Positions 1-9,300 of a stretch of 14,919 nucleotides of DNA are shown here, in pieces; the first letter of the stretch is position 1; each line of letters starts with the position of its first letter. The notes under the pieces were generated by a model. The model made no database searches, was not told where the DNA came from, and saw nothing but the letters and a program-made list of their open reading frames with translations. Location: assembly GCA_000388065.2 (NCBI GenBank), contig KB932208.1; one strand, given 5' to 3'. The position numbers and the translations under genes were made by a program. This DNA is from Fonticula alba ATCC 38817 (lineage: Eukaryota > Protista > Nucleariida).

Positions 1-19
1 GGGATGCGGGCGGCGGGCT

Positions 20-36
20 GGGGGGGGGGGGGGGGG
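20..36. repeat. G17 homopolymer
   Basis: Read directly. Confidence 0.9.
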
Positions 37-472
37 CTATCCGGCAGTCGTCGGCGCTTGTACGCGCGCGTGTGCTTCTAGCCCCCCGATGGAAACCCAC
101 CCGTACGACACATCTGCGGCAGGCCCCCCCCCTGCAAGAGCGGATCCGATGACAGAACGCCCCCCCCCGTCTCGCGCGCGCGCCCTCTTTCTTCGGGCAA
201 GATGGCGGGGCGTCCTGTGCCCTTGGTTGCCCCCTGCCGCCCCGTCTCCCCACTTCCTGATGGGCCAGATCGCGTTTCTGATCCCCCCCCCTCTCCCGGG
301 TTCTTGGTGAGCCTCTTCGGCTGGCGGTCAGATCACCGCGTCTGGGGGTCTCCCCAGGTAGAGGACACCCTCCGACCTTCCCTCTGGCAATCTCCTCCTC
401 CGCCCTCTCCCCACCATCCTCGATTGCCTCTTCTCCCACTGCCCCCCCCCCCCTGCCCCTTCCCTCTCCCCT

Positions 473-496
473 CCTGCCTGCCTGCCTGCCTGCCTG
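473..496. repeat. (CCTG)6 tetranucleotide repeat
   Basis: Read directly, ending 27 nt upstream of the ATG at 524. Confidence 0.9.
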
Positions 497-517
497 CCGC
501 CTTGCGTCGGCTTTGAG

Positions 518-527
518 GCCGCCATGG
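518..527 (+). promoter_or_regulatory. Canonical Kozak context GCCGCCATGG
   Basis: Read directly at 518-527, surrounding the ATG of the 336-aa ORF. Confidence 0.6.
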
Positions 528-1006
528 ATCGCACCTCCTACTCGCCGGTGCTCGCTCCTCTTCTACACAATCCCCACCACCCCCACCATAGTCCGGGGGG
601 CCTTGATCGTTTCCCGACCGCGCTTGACTTCTTCCCTCGGGGCTTCGCGCCGATTGGCCCCGCCCTCGCCGTGGGCTCGCCGCTGCCTTCGGCGCCCTTC
701 GCCTCGCATGTGGCGTCCGGGCCCGGGGGGTCGGGGCCCGCCCTGCCGGATGCCGGCGCGTCTCGCAAGCGTCCCCGGTCCGAGGATGAGCAGGTCACCG
801 ACCCGATGGCCGACAGCCAGGGGGCGGGGATACCCTACATTGCGGCTGGCGCATGCCATCCGGCTCAGCGGCCCCGCCTGGAAATCCCCCCCCACCATCA
901 TCATCAGCAGCAGCAACAACAACAACATCAACATCAACATCAACATCATCAACATCATCATCATGCCCACCAACCGCATGAGTCTGCCCGCCAGCCTCCC
1001 CACCAC

Positions 1007-1042
<36 letters not shown>

Positions 1043-1534
1043 GCCCACCACCCGCATGAGTCTGCCCGCCAGCCTCCCCACCAGTCATTCCAGCAGCCCA
1101 TGTCTTCCCCGCACCAGCCGCACCAGCAGCATCACTCCGCCTCCTCCTCCGGCGCCTCCTCTCCCTGCCATCACTACTATGGAATGCCGGCACCCGGACA
1201 GCAGCACGATCCCGGGCCGGCTGTTGGGCACATCGCCAGTCCCTCCGGGCCTCGATCGATCATCTTCTCCAGGCCAGCGCCGGGAGATGGGGCCGGAGAC
1301 CTGACTCCGCAGCCGGGTTATGTGCCACCTCCGCAGGCGTACCAGCCTCACCGGCACCAGCCTCACCGACACCAGCCTCACGGGGCGCACCAGGCCCAAG
1401 GGATGCCTCCACCCCCGACATCGATCTCGTCCTCGGTGGATCTCACCTCGCCGTATGCCGAAATCAACATGCTTCTCCGGCATTCGCACTTGTCATCGGT
1501 CAGTCGCCGGGCTGATGGCACTTCATCACCGTGA
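524..1534 (+). CDS. Intronless 336-aa low-complexity His/Gln/Pro-rich protein with an NLS-like RKRPR motif and a C-terminal FAM104/VCF-like helix
   Basis: ATG at 524 lies in a perfect Kozak context (GCCGCCATGG, 518-527) and the ORF is open to TGA at 1532-1534. RKRPR is at 764-778, poly-His/Gln tracts at about 893-1135, and YAEINMLLRHSHLSSVSRR at 1454-1510. An upstream exon cannot be excluded. Confidence 0.75.
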
Positions 1535-1719
1535 GCAAGGCCACGGGAGGTGCCTGGTCGACTGAAAATACACCCCCCCCCCCGTGCGTTTTGTATCTGC
1601 CCTTTTGCAAGGAAAAAAGAAGAAGAGGAAGGAGAAACCCAGGCCGCCCGGCTCCCCCCGCCCCCCGAGCAAGAGGTGTTCTCAGTTGGTATATTGAAAA
1701 GGAGGAGGAGCTGAGCTGA

Positions 1720-2383
1720 TCATTGGCCACCGGTCTCCTGGTTGATGGCATTGTTGGCGGCAGTCAGCTGGTGGAAGAGCCGCTCCAGGTCCTGGCTGAT
1801 GGCCGAGATGGAGTTCGGGCAGGCGGTCTCCAGGCTCCGGGCCTTGCTGGCGATGGCCCGAGCGATGCTCAGCTTGGCCGCGCGCAGGAGAGCCAAGGTG
1901 TCGGCATCCGAGGAGGGGGCCGTGGCGGGAGCAGGCGCCGCGACAGAGGCGGGAGTGGGAGCAGCAGCAGGGGCAGCCGCAGCAGGGGCAGCCGCAGCAG
2001 GAGCAGCCGCAGCAGGAGCAGCCGCAGCAGGAGCAGCCGCAGCAGGAGCAGCCGCAGCAGGGACGGGAGCGGCCGCGCCGGGCGGGGCGGTGTGCATGAC
2101 TGGGCCAACCACCTCGAGAGCATCGTTCTGGTGCACGAACACGGTCAAGCACTTGACGCAGTGCATCTCCTTTGAGGAGCGCAGCGACATCAGCGGGACG
2201 GTGTGGCAGTTGGGACAGTGCTCACCGAGCATGGTCCAACCGGCCAGGAGCTTCTTTCCAAGAAGGGCAGAGATGTCGGCTATCGTCGGGCGGGCAAAGA
2301 GGGAAGGAGCCAATTCATGGGGTTGGTAAGGGCCGGGACATGTGGGGGAGCATGGCGAGCAGGGGATACGCACAGGAGGACAT
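1720..2383 (-). CDS. SSSCA1: Sjogren syndrome/scleroderma autoantigen 1 (SSSCA1/ZNRD2, Auto_anti-p27) family zinc-ribbon protein, 189 aa, 2 exons
   Basis: Exons complement(2374..2383, 1720..2279) with a 94-nt intron at 2280-2373 (GTGCGT...TAG). The spliced product reads MSSSDISALLGKKLLAGWTMLGEHCPNCHTVPLMSLRSSKEMHCVKC, which fits the family pattern LLxGWxMLxxxCPxC...PL...CVxC (C-x2-C-x15-C-x2-C). A Pro/Ala linker and a helical C-terminal segment follow, as in the known SSSCA1 architecture. Confidence 0.88.
1973..2062 (-). repeat. Six tandem 15-nt units (GCAGCCGCAGCAGGR on +) encoding a (PAAAA)6 linker
   Basis: Units start at 1973, 1988, 2003, 2018, 2033 and 2048, in frame within the SSSCA1-like CDS. 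Confidence 0.9.
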
Positions 2384-2775
2384 TGTGGAGGAGGGGAAGA
2401 TGGCCGGGGGGGGATAGGCCGAGGGAGTGGCGGAGAGGGGGCAGAGCGCGGGGACTAGGGGGTGTGACGGTGGCGGAGAGATCTTGGTTGCACCGGTCCG
2501 CCAGACACTCCCATCTTGCAGGGGGTGCTCAAGGGATGGAGATTGGCCCGGCCTGGCTCCGGGCCGCCCGCACCCCGGCAGGCTCCGAAGCCCGCCGGGT
2601 GGCCTGCGCGCGGCATCCGGGCCATCTGCCAACGCTCGGCGGGAAGAATGCGCCTCCGCCGGATCGGCCCCCGGGAAACAGGGCCCCGCCCCGGGCTCCT
2701 GGCCGGCCGGAAGGCCCCTCCGACGGGCGAGAAGGCGCAAAGGGGCCGCCGGCTCGGGGCATTTTGTCCCTCCCC

Positions 2776-2817
2776 CGTGCGTGTGTGTGCTCTGTGTGTG
2801 TGTGTGTGTGTGCGTGT
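2776..2817. repeat. Interrupted (TG)n/(CG) alternating purine-pyrimidine tract
   Basis: CGTGCGTGTGTGTGC at 2776-2790, then (TG)n-CGTGT at 2793-2817. Confidence 0.9.
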
Positions 2818-2954
2818 CCTGGCGGGCCTGGGGGACCGTCGTGCCAGGGAGCGGGGGCGAGGGCGTGCCGGGATGGCATCGGCTGGCGGCTAGTCACCCT
2901 GGACTTGGTTCTCGGTCGTCCTCCTGCGGCCCCGGAGCGCGGGCGCCCGAGAAG

Positions 2955-3025
2955 TGCTGCTGCTGCTGCTGTTACCGCTGCTGCTGCTGTTACCGCTGCT
3001 GCTGCTACTGCTGCTGCTGCTGCTG

Positions 3026-3056
<31 letters not shown>

Positions 3057-3063
3057 TGCTGCC
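2955..3063. repeat. Interrupted (GCT/CTG)n trinucleotide repeat of about 36 triplets
   Basis: Continuous triplet phase with GTT, ACC and ACT variants, including a duplicated 18-nt unit GTTACCGCTGCTGCTGCT. Confidence 0.9.
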
Positions 3064-3244
3064 AGTGCCCAAGAGCATGCGGGTTTCCCGCGACCTGGCC
3101 TTTCTCGGAACCAACAACCCCCAGGCACCCTGCTTCCCCTTCTCTTGTGCAAGCCCTCGCATCTGATTTGTCGCCTCTTTCTCTTGCACCCTCCCCCCTC
3201 CCGCCGGGCAAACCCCTTCGCATTTTGCGTGCACACCTGGGCAC

Positions 3245-4326
3245 ATGTCGGCCCCGTCCCTGTCGTCGGCGGGCCGGGCCTCGCCCCATCATCCGGGCCG
3301 GGCGATGTCAATTGCCTCGGGATCGGTCCACTCGTTGTCCGACGATTCGGAGGCCCCGTCGGAGGAGGATCGTGCCGTGTCCCGGCCAAGCCGCGGCCCC
3401 GGGGCCATCGCCCTCAATGAGGAGCATCTGACGGATGGTTCGTTGGCTTGGGGCAGCCCTGTGGCGCCCTCTTCTCCCCCTCGCCGGTTGCCTGTCCTGC
3501 CGTTCTCTCTCCTCCCCACCTGCCCCGCTGCCATGGGGGGTTTCGCCTTACTGACCACGATGGGGCATGGTAGTCATGCGCTTTTTCGGCCTGCTCAACC
3601 CCCGGCCGCAGTGCTGGGCCGAGACGTCGCAGTCGGCGGCCAAGGCCCACACCAATGGCCTGGATCCCCTCGGCGGAGGGGAGTATGGCGAGGACCATGG
3701 GTCGGATGAGTCGGACTCCGACAGCGAAGTCGAAGCCCTGGACCGGGAGGAGTTCCTCCCCCTCGGGACAGTGAGCATGGGGGCTTGTCTGGAGTGCGAT
3801 CGGCGGCGGCCCCTGCTGCAAGATGCCCTGTGCCAGGGGTGTCACCTGCGTGAGCAGGGCCATAGCCGGTCCTCCAGCACCCCCGGCCGGGCGATTGACG
3901 ATGAGTTTGACACGGCCGACGATGTGCTGATCGAGTTGGAGGATGATGAGCTGGCGGCGGCGGTGGCGTCGGCGGCGGCCGAGGCAGCCTCGGCTCGGCC
4001 GTCTGCCCGCCGGCGCTTTGGCCTCGGGCTGAAGCTGCTGCCGGTTCGCGGGTACCGCCGTGCCGCCATGGCCACCATGTCCCTGGGGAATGCCATCAGC
4101 GCGGCCAGTGGTCTGACCGGAGGCCGCCACCGGCGGCAGCTGGCCATCGAGCAGCCCGACAGTTCGCAGCCGGTGCCGACGCTGGCCGCCGATGCGGAAG
4201 ACATCTCGGAAATTGACATCCTCGGTATTGCCAGGTTCGTGGGCGTCCGGCGGCCGTGGGGGCGGCTATTGGTCCCTTTGTTCCTGCTCCTCTAACCCTG
4301 CGGATCCGCCCTCGCCCACCGGCGAG

Positions 4327-4390
<64 letters not shown>

Positions 4391-6273
4391 ACCTCGGTAC
4401 CTTTCCCAGCGAAACCTGCCGACGGGCCCACCTGTCCGTGGCCACGGATCCCGGTACGTCTGGCCAGCTGACGACGCCGCCGCCAGGCCATCTGACCCCG
4501 CACTCACCGTCTGCCTCTCCCTCCGGCCGGAAACACAGCCTACTCCTTTTACTCGCCGTCCTTCGATCCCGAGCTCTTCTTGGCCCTGCTTTACCACGAC
4601 CAGTCGGATGTCGCCCTCTTTTCCACCCTCAAGTCCCTGGAAAACCGCATGATGCTGCGCACCAATGACCTGGCCAACCAGGTTCGCTCGCACATCGATC
4701 ACTTCATGTCGGCCAAGCGCACGGTCGATCGCATCTCCAGCAATTTGAAGCTCTCGGACCAGGACGAGCATGCCGGCGGGGCGGATGGCTCTGGGTCCCG
4801 GCGTGATGCGCCCGGCGTGCGCGAGCTGGTCGATGCGCTGAGTGGTATGGTCCTTCTCCCCCGCCCCTCTCTCTCCCTCCCTCCCTCTCCCTCTCTCTCT
4901 CTCTCTCCCTCTGTCTCCCCTGCCCCTCTTGCTCTTTTGCTCCTGCTCCTCCCGCATGCATTTCTGTGGCTCGCATGCCCTTTTTCCTCCGATTCTCATT
5001 CCCCCTCACGCCGGACCCCCAATGAACGGACCATCGACCACCCACTGTGGGTATCTCGCCTGCCCGTCCGCCCGCCCGCCCGTCGTGCGCGAAACACGCC
5101 GACCGGCCGACAACACAGGCCTCCGCAGTCACTCGGACACCATCTTCATGCCGCTCATCAATCAGCAGCTCCGCATCAAGCAGCTGAACCAGGCTCTGTC
5201 CATGATTGACCAGCACCGGATCTTCTTCGAGCTGCCGCAGCGCCTGCTGAAGCTGCTGGACGAGCTGGCCCTGCCGAATTTGGCCACCCTCCGGACGCTG
5301 GAAGTTCGAAACCCCATCCCCCTGCAAAATCTGCTGGCCCTCTTCGCCGGGACGTCCACCTCGTCCTATGCCCAGCCGATGAACGACCAAATCCAACGGA
5401 AGATGATCTTCTCCACGTTGGAGTCCTTTGCCTCGGGTGGCCAGGGCACCGGCGATGTCGGGGTCCCCGGTCGTGCGGCCGCCGCGGTGGTCGTGGCAGC
5501 GGCGGCGGCCGGCGGTGGCGGCCTGAGTCTCCGGGCGGCCGGCATCGGCGGGCATCCGCAGCAAAGTGTGTCCACCGTGGCGTCGGCCATCTTGCGCGAG
5601 GTCCAGCGGGCCAGCCAGTACCACATCGGTCTGGACCGGCGGCTTTTGGCGCGGGTTTGGAAGATCGGGGTGCTGTCCAGTGCCATTCGCATGATTTATG
5701 CCCGGTCGCTGCTGGAGTTGTCGCTTGGCCCGGCCGGGTCGGCCTGGCCCCAGTACCAGCGCCTGATTGGGTGCGTGCTGCCTTCCCGGTCTTTCCCCCG
5801 GCTGGCTGGCCCTTCCGACTGACCATGCTTTTCTCTGTGCTCCACTTGGCCGACCCTCTTCGGGTACCGGCACCGGCGCCGGCACCGGCATCGCGCTTTC
5901 AGCTATGTCCAAGAGCTTGGTGCCATGATGCAGGAGCCCAATGTCGGCATCCCGTCGCGCATGATCGTCGAGCATAAGGACCCGCACGACGACTCGGATG
6001 GCGGGCTCATTGGCCGACATGCGTCCATCATCACGGCCTACCTGTTGAGTGAGTTCTCCTTCGACAATAGCCGGCGCCTGGACCCGGCGTACTTGCTGCT
6101 GTCCGGCATCCACCGGTCACTGCTTCGGTCCCTGCGCCAGTCGGTCGGCGGTTTGGACGCGGTGTTCGACGTGACGACGGCCTTCTTCGAAGCCCCGGGC
6201 GAGGGGGCCGGCCCGGGAGAAGCCGGCGGTCGACGCCGACGTGCGGGTGGTGCCACTGGCTCGAGCTCTCCTC

Positions 6274-6321
<48 letters not shown>

Positions 6322-9300
6322 GCAGCGGCAGCGGCGGCGGCAGCGCTGCTCCATCGGCGCCGAGCAGCCAAACGGCCGCGGCGGCCGCGGCCGCGGCAAC
6401 TGCCGGCACCGCGACCACGGCGACCACATCTCCGGGCGCCTCGCCGGCAGCCACCCCGGCGCTCATCCGCCATCCGCCCCTGCGTCTGGAGGTGTTGACG
6501 GCCATTTTGAATGACCCGTCGCCCACGTGGTTGTCCCCCTCGCCCGGGGCCATCCTGGGGCTGGAGTCCTCGCCGGCGATTTGCCAGCCGGAGCTGCTGC
6601 TGCATCTGCGCCGGTGTGGCGCGGCGTTGGACACCCTGCAGCGTCTGACGGCCGCCATGGTGTCCCTCTGGCCGCACCTGGCCCGCGTGTCGGGGCTGTG
6701 GGTGTCCGGGCAGATTGGCGTCGGCACGGGCCCCGGTGCGGCGGGCTCCGGCTCCGGGGCCGGTGGCGGGTCGGTCGGTGCGTCGGTCGGAGCAACGCCG
6801 AGCGCCGCGGCGGCCGAGGAGAAAAAGCGCACCGCGGCCGGGGTGCCGGACAGTGCCCGGCGGGCCAATGCCGCTGGGGCCCTCCTCCGGTCGGTGGTCG
6901 ACCGGTACTTCTTCCTCTTCGACCGAGTCATTTTCCTGGCTTGCGGGTGGACCGTTGCGGACAGCCCGACCCGGCGGCCGACGACCGCCGGCTCGGCCCC
7001 CGGCGTGGCTGCCAGCGCGCCCGGCGGAATGGCCAGCCCAGCTACCCTGGCGGCGGCGGCGGCGGCGGCCGCCGCCACGGCAGCCGCGTCGGTCGCCTCG
7101 GGGGATGCTCCTCTGCCGGCCCCCTCGGCCGAGGCACTGGTGCAGTTGGCCTTCCTGCAGGCAGTTGTTCCCTGTCTCCAGACGGCGGTATCCCTTCTGC
7201 AGGAGTCCCAGACGTGGGCCAGCACCGGGGTGGATGTTCGCTTCGGGCCGGCAGCGGCGGCGGCAGCGGCGGCGGCGGCGGCAGCCAACACCACCACTTC
7301 CGGATCGGGGCTTTCGTCATCGGCGTCGCTGGCCTCCAGCGCCATCGAGCTGGGGTCCACGTATGTCGGCAGCTCGCAGTGGCTCCGCAAGGTTCTTCGC
7401 ACCCAGGTGGCCGGGTTCTGCGGGGCGCTCACCCAGCGCGTCCTGGATGCCTTCCTGGCCACGAGCATGTCCTTCCTGGCGTATGAGGACTTTTCCAGCG
7501 AGCAGAGCGCCTTCTCGGCGCCGGGCCGGGCCGGAGCTCTGACGGCCGCCCGGCCCGCCGGGGCACCGGACCCCGGGACCCCGGCCGACCGGGCTACCGC
7601 CATCCTCGGGCGCTTCCTCAACCTCCTGACCGACGAGAGCACCTTCATGGGGGGGCTCGGGCTCGGGGGGTCCGGGGCCGGGTCTTGCGGCACGCGGCTG
7701 GTGTCCCTCTTTGAGCGGTATCTCTCGACCACCTTCCTGTCGCTCGGGCGCCTGACCTGCAAGGTGATCTCCCTTGTGCCGGATGTACGCTCACCACCTC
7801 GGCCCGGCCGGGTTTTTTTTTGCCTTGCTTCCCCGGTGTGGCGATATTTGTTTTTTGTCCTTCCTACATTCCCTCACTGACTCGCGGCCTCTGCCGGGGG
7901 TGTTTCCCTGATCTCTGGGGGTGTATCTTCATTCTGCCTCCTTTCCTTCCCCGCCCCTCCCTCCGTCTCCGTCTCCGTCTCCATCTCCGTTTCCGTCTCC
8001 GTCTCCGTCTCCCTCTCCCTCTCCCTCTCCCTCTCTTTCTCCCTCCCTCCCTCTCCCTCTCTTTCTCCCTCCCTCCCTCTCCCTCTCTTTCTCCCTCCCT
8101 CCCTCTCCCTCTCTCTCCCCCTCTCTCTCTCTCTCTCCCCCTCTCTCTCTCCCTCTCTCTCTCCCTCTCTCTCTCTCCCCCTCTCTCTCTCCCCCTCTCT
8201 CTCTCCCTCTCTCTCTCCCTCTCTCTCTCCCTCTCTCTCTCTCCCTCTCCCTCTCCCTCTCCCTCTCTCTCTCCCCCGCCCGCCCTCTCCCTCTCCCTCT
8301 CTCTCCCGCTCTCCCTCCCTCTCTCCCTCTCCCTCTCTCTCTCCCTCTCTCCCTCTCCCTCGCTCTCCCCCTCTCTCTCTCTCTCTCCCTCTCTCTCTCC
8401 CTCTCTCTCTCTCCCTCTCCCTCTCCCTCTCCCTCTCTCTCTCCCTCTCCCTCCCTCTCTCTCTCCCTCTCCCTCCCTCTCTCTCTCCCCCTCTCCAGAG
8501 CGAGGCCCAGCGCGTTCTCTACCGGTCGGTGGCCGATAGTTGCCTGCTGTCTGGTGTTATGGCCCTGGATTCCTTCATGGCGTCGACACTCATCCCGATT
8601 GCCGGAGGCTCGCGGGCCCTGAGCACCGGGCTGGTGGTCCTGCCGGCGGACTTGTCGCTGGCCTCGTTGACCGACATCTCGCGCCACTTCTCGCAGCTGG
8701 CTGCCAGCCAGGCGGCGCTCATCCGGGGCGAGGAGGCGGGCAGTGTGCATGCGCCCGGCGGCGAGGGGCTAGCCGCCGCCACCACCACGGCCATCCCGGC
8801 CGGCCGGCCGACCTCGGCCCCGGTGGGCCAGACACCATCCCTGTCGAGGCCCAGTGGCTGGCCGGGTGGCTCGGTGTTGGTGGCCCCGCCGGGGCCGGGC
8901 TCCTGCTCGGCTGTGGCCCTGCCCTCGCACGGGACGGCGTTGTTGTTCTTTGCGCCGGCCCCGGCCGGGGCCCGGTGGGTGAGTGACTACTTTTCCTGGG
9001 CCGACTTGCGAGATCACCTCTTCTCGCATGTGCGCCTGCGGGACATTGAGCGGAGCTTCTCGCGGGCGGCGGCGGCGGCGTCCGCCTCGGACGCGGCTCT
9101 GGTGGCCTCCGGCACCATGGTGGCCCACTCGGCGGCCGAGGCCGGTGATGGGTTCGCCGATGCGGCGGACCCCGGCCTGCTAGTTGGCTCGAGTGCGGCC
9201 CAATCGTCCGCCGCTCGGGCCGAAGCGCGGTCCCTGTTGACCGGGCTGGCACCGGCCGAGCTGGCCGAAGCGGCGGCGGCCAATGCCGCGGCGCTGCTGC

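Noticed and set aside
89-516. Small ORFs upstream of gene 1 and possible donors (GTGAGC at 307, GTAGAG at 358)
   Set aside because: No recognisable product and no convincing YAG acceptor with a compatible frame before ATG 524. A 5' UTR intron is possible but unsupported.
2203-3431. Long ORFs of 286-405 aa across the divergent intergenic region
   Set aside because: Composed of repeat translations and GC-rich filler with no domain signal. They overlap real genes in the wrong frame or strand.
3410-4453. Split F-box-like motif (ALNEEHLTDVMRFF ... ASETCRRAHL..TDP)
   Set aside because: The halves are about 220 residues apart, and the second half is better explained as the DxLGI segment leading into the Sec5 N-terminal block.
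4096-4668. ORFs with CVCVCV or HTHTHT runs
   Set aside because: Translations of the (TG)31 microsatellite in intron 2.
6038-7762. 574-aa minus-strand ORF
   Set aside because: Antisense shadow of Sec5 exon 6. High GC suppresses stop codons and no recognisable domain is present.
7820-8750. ORFs encoding (LS/PS)n or (ER/EG)n proteins
   Set aside because: Translations of the intronic CT tract, which cannot contain stop codons.
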